Source: Longimicrobiales bacterium
GTDB taxonomy: Bacteria > Gemmatimonadota > Gemmatimonadetes > Longimicrobiales > Gaopeijiaceae
Assembly (NCBI GenBank): GCA_965202985.1
Contig: CBDBCF010000002.1
Coordinates: forward strand, 736,001 to 800,000
Direction of reading: 5' to 3'
Length of the DNA stretch: 64,000 nt
Below are positions 9,549 to 19,133 of this stretch, piece by piece. Within the stretch, counting starts at the first letter, position 1. Each line of letters opens with the position of its first letter. Both the position numbers and the translations under genes were made by a program. Below the pieces are notes generated by a model. The model had not been told where the DNA came from. It saw only the letters and a list, made by a program, of their open reading frames with translations, and did no database searches.

Positions 9549-9962
9549 TCAGTCCAGGAACTCCCGCAGCCGTTCCGCCAACGCCGGCAAGTCGGCGGTC
9601 TCGCACTCCCAAACGATCAGCGCCTTCCAGCCCAAGTGCTCCAGGTCGGCCAAGTTCCGGCGGTCGCGCACCACGTTGCCCTCGAACTTCCGCTGCCAGT
9701 ACGACCTGCGCGTGCCGGGCGTGGTCGCGCGCTTGCAGCCGTCGTGGCGATGCCAGAAGCACCCGTGCACGAAGACGACCTTCCTGCGGCCCGGAAAGCA
9801 GATGTCGGGCGTACCCGGCAGGTCGCGCCGGTGCAGGCGGTAGCGGTAGCCCATCCCGTGCAACAGCTTGCGCACGATCAGCTCGGGCTTGGTGTCCTTC
9901 GACCCGATGCGGGCCATGAGGGCGCTGCGTTCGGCACTGGGCGCCGGCTCGGGATCGGCCAC
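9549..9962 (-). CDS. vsr: Very short patch repair endonuclease
   Basis: RSALMARIGSKDTKPE, LPGTPD, FVHGCFWH.H and IVWECE motifs. Confidence 0.95.
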   Translation of the reverse strand: MADPEPAPSAERSALMARIGSKDTKPELIVRKLLHGMGYRYRLHRRDLPGTPDICFPGRRKVVFVHGCFWHRHDGCKRATTPGTRRSYWQRKFEGNVVRDRRNLADLEHLGWKALIVWECETADLPALAERLREFLD

Positions 9963-9964
9963 GT

Positions 9965-10672
9965 CTAAGCCGACTCCGATCCTGTCGCTGGGACATCGGG
10001 AAGCGCCTCCAGTTTGCGAATCCAGGCGTCGAAATTGGGACAGGCTGCACGAATGGCGGGCAGTGAAGTCCGGGACGCTGCGGTTATCCCTTGCGCGACC
10101 TTCTCATACCCCGACGCCAGTTTCAGGATCCTCTTGGATGGTGCCGTGGCCTTGCCATCGTCGATCTCTTCCGGCGTAGAGAACTCGTTCGCGATCCGCT
10201 GAAGCTCTTGCGACACTGGACCGCCTTCCGAATCCTCCAGCACTGTTCCCAGAGCCCTCGGCTCGGTAAACAGAAGGGCTTCGAACTCGTGCATCTGCAC
10301 ATACGGCACGAAGCGCTCGGGCCGCCAGTGCCCGCCAATGGCTTCGTCCAACCTTGCTCGCATCCCGTTCTCTACTGCACGTGCCTTCTCGCGCAGCGGT
10401 TTGTCGTTCGCCTCTTCGCGGCCCGGCCAGTCGCGCGGCATTCCGTAGTAGTCGAACATCGTCGTGACGTAGTGTTCACGATCGCTCAGCAGCAGTTGCC
10501 TTAGCTCCCTTTCCGTTCTCTTCCATGACTGCACTCCGGCTACAGCACGCGGCCTGCCCATGGTGGTGGCCGACAGATAGACGCCACGCGTGCCCAAGAA
10601 TGGCGCAATCAGTCTTGTGCAGAACTGCTCTTCGGTTTGGCCCTCCACTAATGCCAGGAGCCTAACGCTCAA
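9965..10672 (-). CDS. DUF4276-family (TOPRIM-like) protein
   Basis: LVEGQTE, TTMFDYYG, HEFEALLF, PEEIDD and APSKR motifs; TTG start overlaps the ATPase stop (TTGA). Confidence 0.85.
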   Translation of the reverse strand: MSVRLLALVEGQTEEQFCTRLIAPFLGTRGVYLSATTMGRPRAVAGVQSWKRTERELRQLLLSDREHYVTTMFDYYGMPRDWPGREEANDKPLREKARAVENGMRARLDEAIGGHWRPERFVPYVQMHEFEALLFTEPRALGTVLEDSEGGPVSQELQRIANEFSTPEEIDDGKATAPSKRILKLASGYEKVAQGITAASRTSLPAIRAACPNFDAWIRKLEALPDVPATGSESA

Positions 10673-11802
10673 GGCCGCCCCCCGAACCGGTTCTTCTCCC
10701 ATAGCTCGCCAAGCGAATAGTCCCGCAGCCACTCGGACAACCCTTCTTCATCGAGCCGTCGGCACTGGGTCCCAAAATTGGGATCGGCTTCAAGAACGGC
10801 GATCTGGCCGGGCTCGAATTCGTCCACCAGTCTCGCCGACTGCGTTGCCAATATCACCTGGGTCCTCTTAGACGCGGATCGCACCAAAGCTGCAAGCAGA
10901 ACAATAGCGGACGGATGAAGGCCGAGTTCGGGTTCGTCCAGCACGACAACGTCTGGGAGGACGGGCTGGAGAAGCAACGTAGCCAAGGCCATAAATCGCA
11001 ACGTGCCGTCTGAAATCTGATGCGGCCCAAGGAGGTACTCCGCACGATCTTTCTCATGCCAGTTGAGCAATATCCCGTTTGGATTCGTGGCCTGCGGGCG
11101 CAAGCTGAATCGACCGAACGCGGGAAAGACCAGGCGAACGGTGTCCTCGATCCGGCGGTAGCACTCGATGTTGCCGCTCTTCAATGCATGCAAGAACGCA
11201 GGCAAGTTGCCTGCGTTGTCTCTTAGGTACTTGTTGTCCTCAATATAGGCGCTCCGACGAATGTAGGCTTGCGAGGAGGTGTCATGAAACTGGTATCCTT
11301 TGCAATGGCGCAGCAGATGGAGCAACACGCGACACGTATCGCTGCCCGCTTTCGCCTTTTCCTGCAGCTGGCTCTCCTCGTGGCCGGAACCTAGGAATAC
11401 TTCTTGGGGCACTGAATAGTCGGCCCTGTGGTACTCAACTCGTTCTTCTGCAAACCTCATCATGTCGGGGGCTGCATCCATAAGACGCATCTTGTAAGTT
11501 GTCGTCGCACCTTGCACACCATCACCGAAGCGGCGGAACTCGACCTCGGCGCGCATCTGCGGCGTAACCCTGGCGCCGAAACGCAACAAGGAATCGGACC
11601 CGCCTTCCCGGCCAACGTATTCCTGGAGGCCGTTCGTGCTCATGAAGCCGAGCATCCGAAAGAAGGAAACAAGGTTGCTCTTCCCAGACCCGTTCGCCCC
11701 AAGCAAGACCGTGATGTCGCCGAACTCGATTTCGCTCTTCGCAAACGACTTGAACCCGTCAACGGCGATTCGATGCAGCTTCGTTCTCTCGTGCGAAATC
11801 AT
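10669..11802 (-). CDS. ABC-type AAA ATPase (AAA_21 / putative abortive-infection type)
   Basis: Walker A GANGSGKSN, signature SDGTLR, Walker B LDEPELGLHP, ATQS; ATGA overlap with the upstream deacetylase gene. Confidence 0.9.
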   Translation of the reverse strand: MISHERTKLHRIAVDGFKSFAKSEIEFGDITVLLGANGSGKSNLVSFFRMLGFMSTNGLQEYVGREGGSDSLLRFGARVTPQMRAEVEFRRFGDGVQGATTTYKMRLMDAAPDMMRFAEERVEYHRADYSVPQEVFLGSGHEESQLQEKAKAGSDTCRVLLHLLRHCKGYQFHDTSSQAYIRRSAYIEDNKYLRDNAGNLPAFLHALKSGNIECYRRIEDTVRLVFPAFGRFSLRPQATNPNGILLNWHEKDRAEYLLGPHQISDGTLRFMALATLLLQPVLPDVVVLDEPELGLHPSAIVLLAALVRSASKRTQVILATQSARLVDEFEPGQIAVLEADPNFGTQCRRLDEEGLSEWLRDYSLGELWEKNRFGGRP

Positions 11803-12785
11803 GGCTGCTCGGGCTCCACCCCCGCCAGTGCGCACACCACGGTCGCGCATCCGGCGCCGGTGCGGGGGGGATCGTAGCCGCCCTCCAGGAACGCGACCAG
11901 GCGGCCAGCGCAGTGGCGGTCGGCGACGTCCATGAGGCGAAGGGTCATTTCGTGCAGGTCGGGGGGCTCAAGCAGCTGGCCGCCCAAGGGGTCGCCGGCC
12001 AGCACGTCGAAGCCGGCCGACAACAACACGAAGTCGGGAGGTAGATGCGACACAGATGTTTCCAGGGCTTGGGCGAAGGCGGTCAAGTACTGGTCGCGGG
12101 GAGTACCGGCCGGCAGGGGCACGTTCAGCGTGGCGCCTTCGCCGGGTCCGCCGCCGGTCTCGTCGGCTGCGCCGGTGCCGGGGTAGTGGGGATGCTGGTG
12201 AAGCGACAGGAAGAACACGTCGGGGTCGTCGTAGAAGATATCCTGCGTGCCGTTGCCGTGGTGAACGTCCCAGTCCACGATCAGGATGCGGTCGGCCCGG
12301 CCCTTGGCCCGCAGCGCCGCCGCCGCCACGGCCACGTTGTTGAACAGGCAGAACCCCATCGCCCGATCCGCCGTGGCGTGGTGCCCCGGCGGCCTGGCCG
12401 CCACGAAGGCGTTCCGAAAGCGCCCTGCGGCCACGTCGCGAACAGCCTCCAGCCCCGCGCCCACGCTCCCGAGCGCCGCATCCCACGAGGCTGGCGAGGC
12501 GCGCGTGTCGGCCTCTCCGCCAAGCGCAACCGGCCTGTCCTGTTCCTTGGCCTGCTCCACGGCCCGCCGCACAGTCTCCACCAACTCCGGCGAATGGACG
12601 CGGAGCAGGTCGTCCACGGCGGCGGCGGACGGGGTGGCGTACTCGACCCGGTCATGGAGCGCCGGGAGTTCCGCCTCCACGGCCGACACCAACGCGCGCA
12701 GGCGTCCCTGGTGCTCCGGATGGCCCCAGCCGGTGTCGTGAAGAACCGCATCCGGGTGAAGGAAGAATCCCGTGGTCGGCGACAT
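11799..12785 (-). CDS. Histone deacetylase-family (acetylpolyamine/acetoin utilisation) hydrolase
   Basis: HPE, RPPGHHA, GFCLFNN, DWDVHHGNGTQ, SAGFD and LEGGY motifs. Confidence 0.95.
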   Translation of the reverse strand: MSPTTGFFLHPDAVLHDTGWGHPEHQGRLRALVSAVEAELPALHDRVEYATPSAAAVDDLLRVHSPELVETVRRAVEQAKEQDRPVALGGEADTRASPASWDAALGSVGAGLEAVRDVAAGRFRNAFVAARPPGHHATADRAMGFCLFNNVAVAAAALRAKGRADRILIVDWDVHHGNGTQDIFYDDPDVFFLSLHQHPHYPGTGAADETGGGPGEGATLNVPLPAGTPRDQYLTAFAQALETSVSHLPPDFVLLSAGFDVLAGDPLGGQLLEPPDLHEMTLRLMDVADRHCAGRLVAFLEGGYDPPRTGAGCATVVCALAGVEPEQP

Positions 12786-12803
12786 GAAAGAAGCGCGCTC
12801 GGT

Positions 12804-15800
12804 TCAGGCGGCCGGGGCCGCCGAAGCCGCGGGCCGCCTCGCGATCCGCTCCTGGATGCTGATCACCTCGGGGCGCCTGGTTCGCATGGCGGTCACGGCG
12901 TCCACGGCCGCGCTGGTGGCGGACATGGTGGTAAGGTACGGGACGCCGAAGGCGATGGCGGCGCGGCGCATGGCGTAGTCGTCGTACTGGGACTTCTTGC
13001 CAAGGGGCGTATTGATGAGCAGGCCCACTCCCCCGCTCACGATCCGATCCACGATGTTGGGCCGGCCTTCGCCCACCTTGCATACGCGATCGCAGGCCAC
13101 GCCCAGGCGGTTCAAGTACTCGCGAGTGCCCTTGGTGGCCGACACCGCGAAGCCCAGGTCGGCCAGGCGCCTGACCAGGGGCGTGACCGTAGGCTTGTCG
13201 GCGTCGTTGACGGTGACGATCACGGAGCGCGCGTCGCCGTCGCGGTCGCCGGGGAGCCGGTTGCCCGCCGACACCTGCGCCTTTGCGAACGCCATGCCGA
13301 AGGAGTCGTCCACGCCCATGGCTTCGCCCGTGGAGCGCATCTCGGGTCCCAGCAGCGTGTCCACGTCGAATCGGCTGAACGGGAACACGGCTTCCTTGAC
13401 GGCCACACCGTTCACCCTCGGCTCGTCGGGAACATCCATGTCGGCCAGCCTCTCGCCAGCCATGACCCGCGCCGCCAGCCGGGCCAGCGGCACGCCCGTG
13501 GCCTTGCCCACGAAAGGCACCGTCCGCGACGCGCGCGGGTTCACCTCCAGGACGTACACCTGTCCGTCCTTCACGGCGTACTGCACGTTCAGCAGTCCGA
13601 CCACGCCCAGCTCGAGCGCGAACAGCCGGGTCAGGCGGCGCATCTCGTCCAGTTGGGCCGGGCTCAGCAGGTACGGCGGCAGCACGCAGGCCGAGTCGCC
13701 CGAGTGCACGCCGGCGTCCTCGATGTGCTGCATGACGCCGCCGATCACCACGTCGACGCCGTCGCAGATGGCGTCCACGTCGGCCTCGAAGGCGTCCTCC
13801 AAGAAGCGGTCGATCAGCACCGGGTGGTCCGGCGACGCCCGCACCGCCCGCTCGAAGTAGCCCTCGAGCGATTCCTCGTCGTACACGATCTCCATGGCGC
13901 GGCCGCCCAGCACGTACGACGGCCGCACCAGCACGGGGAAGCCGATCGACCGAGCGGTGCGCACGGCCTCTTCCTGGCTTCGGGCCGTGCCGTTCGCGGG
14001 AACGCGGGCGCCGATCTGGCGACAGACCCGCCCGAAGCGCCGCCGGTCCTCCGCACGATCGATGGCGTCCACGGTCGTGCCCAGGATCGGAACGCCCAGC
14101 TCCTCCAGCCCCCGCGCCAAGTTGAGGGGCGTCTGTCCGCCCAGCTGGACGATCACTCCTTCCGGCTTCTCGCGGTCAACGATCTCGGCCACGTCCTCCA
14201 ACGTCAGCGGCTCGAAGTACAGCTTGTCGCTCACGTCGAAGTCGGTGGACACGGTCTCGGGGTTGGAGTTGACCATGATCGTCTCGAACCCCGCCTCGCG
14301 AAGGGCCAGGACCGCCTGCACGCAGCAGTAGTCGAACTCGATCCCCTGCCCGATGCGGTTGGGGCCGCTGCCCAGGATCACGATCTTTCGCCGGTCCGAT
14401 GGGCGCGATTCGTCCTCGGACTCGTAGGACGAATAGTAGTAGGGCGTCTTTGCCGGGAACTCGCCGGCGCAGGTGTCGACCACGTTGTAGGTGGGCCGGA
14501 CGCCCCACCGACGGCGACGCTCGCGGACGGCGGACTCCGATTCGCCCCGGAGGGCCGCCAGCTGGGCGTCGGAGAAGCCGTCGCGCTTCATGAGGCGCAC
14601 GTCGTCGGCGTCCAGCTCGGGCAGGTCGGCGTACCACCGCTCGGTTTCGACGATCTGGGCCAGCTGGTCCAGAAACCAGGGATCGACGCCGGTGGCTCGG
14701 TGCAGCCGCTCGATCGAGACGCCGGCCTCCAGTGCGCGCTTGATCTGGTACTTGCGGGCGGTGGTGGGGCGCCGCAATGCGCAGAGCAGCTCTTCCGGCT
14801 CGTCCGACTCCAGCCCGTCCTCTTGGGGCGTGGCGCCGGCGACCCAACCGGCCCGGCCCACTTCGAGGCCCCGCAGTCCCTTCTGCCAAGCGGACCGGAA
14901 GGTGCGTCCGACAGCCATGGTTTCGCCTACGGCCTTCATCTGGACGCCCAACGTCTCGTCCACGCCGGGGAACTTCTCGAAGGCGAAGCGCGGGAACTTC
15001 ACGACCACGTAGTCCAGCGCGGGCTCGAACGACGCCGGCGTGGTGCGCGTGATGTCGTTGGGCAACTCGTTCAACCGGTAGCCCACGGCCAGCTTGGCGC
15101 CGACGCGCGCGATGGGGAACCCGGTGGCCTTCGACGCCAGCGCCGAGGAGCGCGACACGCGCGGGTTCATCTCGACCACCAGCATCTCGCCGTCGGCCGG
15201 GTTCACGGCGAACTGGATGTTGCAGCCGCCGGCCTCCACGCCGATCTCCCGAATGATGGCGATGGCGGCGTCGCGCATCGTCTGGTATTCGACGTCGGAC
15301 AGCGTCTGCGCCGGGGCCACCGTCACCGAGTCGCCGGTATGGACGCCCATGGGGTCGAAGTTCTCGATCGAACAGACCACGATCACGTTGTCGGCCCCGT
15401 CCCGGACGACCTCCAGCTCGTACTCCTTCCAGCCCAGCACGGCCCGGTCCACCAGCACCTCGCCGATCGGGCTCGCCGCCAAGCCACGTCGAACCTGCGC
15501 CTCGTACTCGGCCAAGTTGTACGCCGTGCCGCCCCCGGTGCCTCCCAGCGTGAACGACGGCCGGACGATCGCCGGATAGCCGGTGTCCGCCACGATCCGC
15601 CGGGCGTCGTCCATGTTGCGCGCGAAGCCCCCGTGCGGCACCGCCAGGCCGATGCGGCTCATCGCCGCGGCGAACTGCTCCCGATCCTCGGCCATCCGGA
15701 TCGAGCGCGCGTTGGCGCCGACGAGCTCCACGCCCTGCGCTTCCAGGACGCCCGTCCGGTGCAGGTCCATGGCGATGTTGAGGGCCGTCTGGCCGCCCAT

Positions 15801-16067
15801 CGTGGGCAGCAGCGCGCTGGGACGCTCGCGCTCGATCACGCGCGTCGCCCACTCGGGCGTCAGCGGCTCGATGTAGGTACGGTCGGCCAAGTCCGGGTCC
15901 GTCATGATCGTGGCCGGGTTCGAGTTGACCAGGATCACCCGGAAGCCCTCCTCCTTGAGGGCTCGGACGGCCTGCGTGCCCGAGTAGTCGAACTCGCAGG
16001 CTTGGCCGATGACGATGGGGCCCGATCCCAGGATCAGGATCGACTCCAGGTCCGTGCGCTTGGGCAA
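12804..16067 (-). CDS. carB: Carbamoyl-phosphate synthase large subunit
   Basis: MPKRTD...[17 protein letters not shown], duplicated ATP-grasp halves and a C-terminal MGS domain; 1087 aa. Confidence 0.98.
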   Translation of the reverse strand: MPKRTDLESILILGSGPIVIGQACEFDYSGTQAVRALKEEGFRVILVNSNPATIMTDPDLADRTYIEPLTPEWATRVIERERPSALLPTMGGQTALNIAMDLHRTGVLEAQGVELVGANARSIRMAEDREQFAAAMSRIGLAVPHGGFARNMDDARRIVADTGYPAIVRPSFTLGGTGGGTAYNLAEYEAQVRRGLAASPIGEVLVDRAVLGWKEYELEVVRDGADNVIVVCSIENFDPMGVHTGDSVTVAPAQTLSDVEYQTMRDAAIAIIREIGVEAGGCNIQFAVNPADGEMLVVEMNPRVSRSSALASKATGFPIARVGAKLAVGYRLNELPNDITRTTPASFEPALDYVVVKFPRFAFEKFPGVDETLGVQMKAVGETMAVGRTFRSAWQKGLRGLEVGRAGWVAGATPQEDGLESDEPEELLCALRRPTTARKYQIKRALEAGVSIERLHRATGVDPWFLDQLAQIVETERWYADLPELDADDVRLMKRDGFSDAQLAALRGESESAVRERRRRWGVRPTYNVVDTCAGEFPAKTPYYYSSYESEDESRPSDRRKIVILGSGPNRIGQGIEFDYCCVQAVLALREAGFETIMVNSNPETVSTDFDVSDKLYFEPLTLEDVAEIVDREKPEGVIVQLGGQTPLNLARGLEELGVPILGTTVDAIDRAEDRRRFGRVCRQIGARVPANGTARSQEEAVRTARSIGFPVLVRPSYVLGGRAMEIVYDEESLEGYFERAVRASPDHPVLIDRFLEDAFEADVDAICDGVDVVIGGVMQHIEDAGVHSGDSACVLPPYLLSPAQLDEMRRLTRLFALELGVVGLLNVQYAVKDGQVYVLEVNPRASRTVPFVGKATGVPLARLAARVMAGERLADMDVPDEPRVNGVAVKEAVFPFSRFDVDTLLGPEMRSTGEAMGVDDSFGMAFAKAQVSAGNRLPGDRDGDARSVIVTVNDADKPTVTPLVRRLADLGFAVSATKGTREYLNRLGVACDRVCKVGEGRPNIVDRIVSGGVGLLINTPLGKKSQYDDYAMRRAAIAFGVPYLTTMSATSAAVDAVTAMRTRRPEVISIQERIARRPAASAAPAA

Positions 16068-16074
16068 CGTCCGC

Positions 16075-16188
16075 CTAGTTCCGGGTCTTGCCCGATTCCT
16101 TTCGGACGGCAGTGCGCACCACGAGTGCGAAGCCGCCCCAGACGAACGTCATGACGGCGATCATCGTGATCCAGGCGGTCGTGGTCAT
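16075..16188 (-). CDS. 37-aa single-TM protein resembling the MetS-type small subunit of NSS transporters
   Basis: Not in the ORF track. ATG 16188 to TAG 16075 encodes [37 protein letters not shown] and ends 7 nt before carB. Confidence 0.7.
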   Translation of the reverse strand: MTTTAWITMIAVMTFVWGGFALVVRTAVRKESGKTRN

Positions 16189-16284
16189 CGAAGAGGGCGA
16201 AGGACTAGGACGAAGGATTAGGAAGGCCCGCGGCCTCCCGACACCTTGACGAAGATGCGGAAAGCGGACCCCGCGAGCAAGGCG

Positions 16285-17868
16285 TCACATTCCCCACACT
16301 GCAATCTCGACGCCGCTCTCGGCGGTTCGGCTGTCGCGAAGCACCTTCTCGTCCCAACCGCGCTCCTGGTCGCGGTCGAAGACGATCAAGTGCCCGGCCT
16401 CGGCCCCGCAACGGTCCACGTACGCCGCCGCCTGCTCCACGCCTTCGGCAATGGTGCGCTCCAGGCCTCGGCGCTCGTGCCGGACCTTGCACTCGACCAC
16501 GTACTTGCCGGGCCGCTCGCCCCGAGTCCACACGATCAACAAGTCCGTGCGACCCGTCCCCAGCGCGTATTCCCGCTCAATACGCCCGCCGCTGTTGACG
16601 ACCCGCTGCAAGAACGCCTGCAACAGCAGCTGCGGTCCCGCCTCCTTGAAGCCGTAGCGCTCCACCCAGTGCTCCGAGTTCTCGCGGTAGAACTGCTGAA
16701 ACGCCTCCAGCAACTTGCCCAACAGCAGTGCGCCGGAGGTGTCCACGTACCAGGCCGGGTCGTGGGGAAGGTCGTCCTGGGCCAGCCAAGTCAGCTCCCG
16801 GGGCACGACCTCCGCGTAGACGGGGTTCGCCATGCGGATCGGCGGGTCGGGAGCGATCAACCCCAGGTCGCGGACGTACTCGACGTCCCGAGCGGTGTAG
16901 CTGGACTCGCCGGCGCCGGCCAGGATCGGCTCGACGACCCGCCAGACGCGGTCCTCGCGCAGCTTGTCGGTGAGCTGATCCAGGTGCGTGTCGCGGCGCA
17001 GGATCAGCACTTCCCGGGCGTCAAGCACATCGTCTTCGGACACCGGCCGCGAACGGTCCCGGGCCAAGTCGCCACGGAAGCAGGTCTCGTAGGCGAGCGC
17101 GTTGACGAGCCAGGGCTGGCCTTGGGTCTGGGTCCGGATCGCGTCCAGCGCGCCGTCGGCGAACGGTTGGCCGGTTTCGGCGGTGTGCTGTCCGAGCAGG
17201 TCGCGCACTTCGTCCGGGGAGAAGTCGCCCAAGCGCAGCGACTCGGCCTTGATGTTGAAGGCGCTGCCGCCGGCGACCATCGTCTTCGCCGAGTCGGAGA
17301 ACACCCGGTAGTCCCGCACGTCCCGGACGCCGCACAAAATCACGCTCTGGGGGAATCCTCCGGGCCGCATGCGGTAGCCGGCCCGCAGCTGCCGCAACAC
17401 CGCGAGGAGCGAATCGCCCATAAGCGTGTCGATCTCGTCGACCAGCAGGACAAGGGGCCGGTCGCTCTTCCGCGCCCAGCGAGTCAACGCGACCCGGAGT
17501 GCGCTGTGTCCACCGCCCTTGGCGAGCGCGACGGGCCACGTCTCCGCAAGGAAGCCGTCTCCCAGAGTATCGCAGGTCTCTTCGGCCAGCTCGTTCAGAA
17601 CGGTGCGGACCGCCGCTTCCACGTCTTCCCGGGCCGTCATCGCGCCCTCGACGTTGACGTAGACGCAAGCATGGCGGCCTTCGGCGTTCAACAGGTCGCG
17701 GAGGGCGAGTAGCGTGGAGGTCTTTCCGGTTTGCCGGGGCGCGTGGAGGACGAAGTACCGCTGCTCGTCGATCAGCCGCCGGACCTCCGCCAAATCAAAC
17801 CTGGCAAGGGGCGGGACGTGGTAGTGGTCCCGCCCCACCACGGGGCCGGACGTATTGAAGAAGCGCAT
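16285..17868 (-). CDS. P-loop ATP-binding protein with C-terminal PD-(D/E)XK-like nuclease domain
   Basis: MRFFNTSGP start, Walker A APRQTGKTS, Walker B LLVDEID, C-terminal GRTDLL...VVECK. Confidence 0.85.
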   Translation of the reverse strand: MRFFNTSGPVVGRDHYHVPPLARFDLAEVRRLIDEQRYFVLHAPRQTGKTSTLLALRDLLNAEGRHACVYVNVEGAMTAREDVEAAVRTVLNELAEETCDTLGDGFLAETWPVALAKGGGHSALRVALTRWARKSDRPLVLLVDEIDTLMGDSLLAVLRQLRAGYRMRPGGFPQSVILCGVRDVRDYRVFSDSAKTMVAGGSAFNIKAESLRLGDFSPDEVRDLLGQHTAETGQPFADGALDAIRTQTQGQPWLVNALAYETCFRGDLARDRSRPVSEDDVLDAREVLILRRDTHLDQLTDKLREDRVWRVVEPILAGAGESSYTARDVEYVRDLGLIAPDPPIRMANPVYAEVVPRELTWLAQDDLPHDPAWYVDTSGALLLGKLLEAFQQFYRENSEHWVERYGFKEAGPQLLLQAFLQRVVNSGGRIEREYALGTGRTDLLIVWTRGERPGKYVVECKVRHERRGLERTIAEGVEQAAAYVDRCGAEAGHLIVFDRDQERGWDEKVLRDSRTAESGVEIAVWGM

Positions 17869-17881
17869 TCCCCGCGTCCGC

Positions 17882-19132
17882 TCAGCGCCTGATTCCGAGG
17901 CGCGTCACGTAGGGCGCAAGGTCTTCGCCGATGCCGGCCAGAAGCAGGTACCGGAGGGTGGCGTAGGCGGGCAACGGGGCCGACAGCGAACCCAGCAGCT
18001 CCGCCGCCAACGGCTCCGGCAGCGGCGCCCGGCCCAGGTAGTCGCCCGTCGGTCCGAATGCATCGACCGCCGTCCCGCCCGGGGCCGACTCGGTCTCGGG
18101 CACCACGTACAAGGTCCCGGTCCCGTCGGCGAAGACGGCTCGAAGCACGGGCTTCTCGTCGGGCAATCCGGCAAGGCGATCCGGGGCCTCGGGGCTGTCG
18201 CCCAGGAGATCACGGACCGCGGCGACGTCGGCGTCCGTCACCGACGCCGGAGCTTCGTCCAACGAGACGACGAGGAGCGTGTCGCCCTCCAGCGAGCGCT
18301 TGTAGACCCGGTACTCGCGGGAGTGGCCGAACCAGATGCTCGCGCCGTTCTCCAAGGCGGACACCAAGCGGCCGGCGTAGTGGTTCCTGTAGGTCGCTCG
18401 GCCTCCGACCTGCACCATCTCCGCCGCGTACTCCAGCGGGGGGAACGAATCGACGGGTCCCGCCTCCGCGTCCGCGGCCTCGGGCGGCGCGCCCGCGTCC
18501 CCGGCGCCGCCGAGAACGAAGGGAAAGAGCTGGGTCTCGGCGGGAAGGCGGCCGCGCACCCGGTCGGGGAACCATGTCCTCCAGTCCGTGTAGCGGCGGT
18601 CCGGGCCGACCGACCGGTCCCATGTCCCCGTCCACGGGTATCCGCGCCCGCGCCGAGGCAGGGCGGTCACGAACGCGCCGTCGGGCTCGAAGACCGAGAT
18701 GCGGGCCGTGGCCGGGTCGGGCACCCAGACCCGGTTGTCGGGACCGATGCTGACTCCAGCTGCCCTCGAAAGCTCGCCAGGGCCTTCGCCCGGTCGCCCG
18801 ATGGCGTGCGAGTAGGCGCCGCTCGGGTCGAAGACGAACACCTGCTGGGCCATGCGATCGAGCACGTAGATGTTGTCGTCGGCGTCGGCGGCCACCGCCT
18901 CGATCGCGCCGAAGCCCTCGGGCGGGCCGACGATCCTAACCTCCTCTTCGAGGCGCCATCCAGCGACGGGGCTGTCCGAGGCGTGTCCGCCTCCCGCGGC
19001 GTCCGGGCCGCCGCGCTCGTCGCAGGCCGCAAGGCCCGGCAAGCCGATGAAGGCCAAGACGGCAGCGCTGCGACCGATGCGGGACCCGGCTTCACCGCTC
19101 AACGGCGCTTCTCGCCTCAGTGCCGCCCTCAT
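17882..19132 (-). CDS. Six-bladed beta-propeller (NHL-like) lipoprotein
   Basis: Lipobox LAAC; IYVLD, GRPGEGPGEL and VWVPD motifs. Confidence 0.75.
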   Translation of the reverse strand: MRAALRREAPLSGEAGSRIGRSAAVLAFIGLPGLAACDERGGPDAAGGGHASDSPVAGWRLEEEVRIVGPPEGFGAIEAVAADADDNIYVLDRMAQQVFVFDPSGAYSHAIGRPGEGPGELSRAAGVSIGPDNRVWVPDPATARISVFEPDGAFVTALPRRGRGYPWTGTWDRSVGPDRRYTDWRTWFPDRVRGRLPAETQLFPFVLGGAGDAGAPPEAADAEAGPVDSFPPLEYAAEMVQVGGRATYRNHYAGRLVSALENGASIWFGHSREYRVYKRSLEGDTLLVVSLDEAPASVTDADVAAVRDLLGDSPEAPDRLAGLPDEKPVLRAVFADGTGTLYVVPETESAPGGTAVDAFGPTGDYLGRAPLPEPLAAELLGSLSAPLPAYATLRYLLLAGIGEDLAPYVTRLGIRR

Positions 19133-19133
19133 C

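Noticed and set aside
9549..9962. Vsr as part of a local Dcm or restriction-modification operon
   Set aside because: No C5-methyltransferase motifs were recognised in any neighbouring ORF.
12045..16154. 1369-aa plus-strand ORF; similar long antisense ORFs at 5329..7863, 18870..21290 and 34505..38350
   Set aside because: Lie opposite clearly identified genes (carB, choice-of-anchor B, P450, yfhO/glyQS); expected from stop-codon scarcity at high GC.
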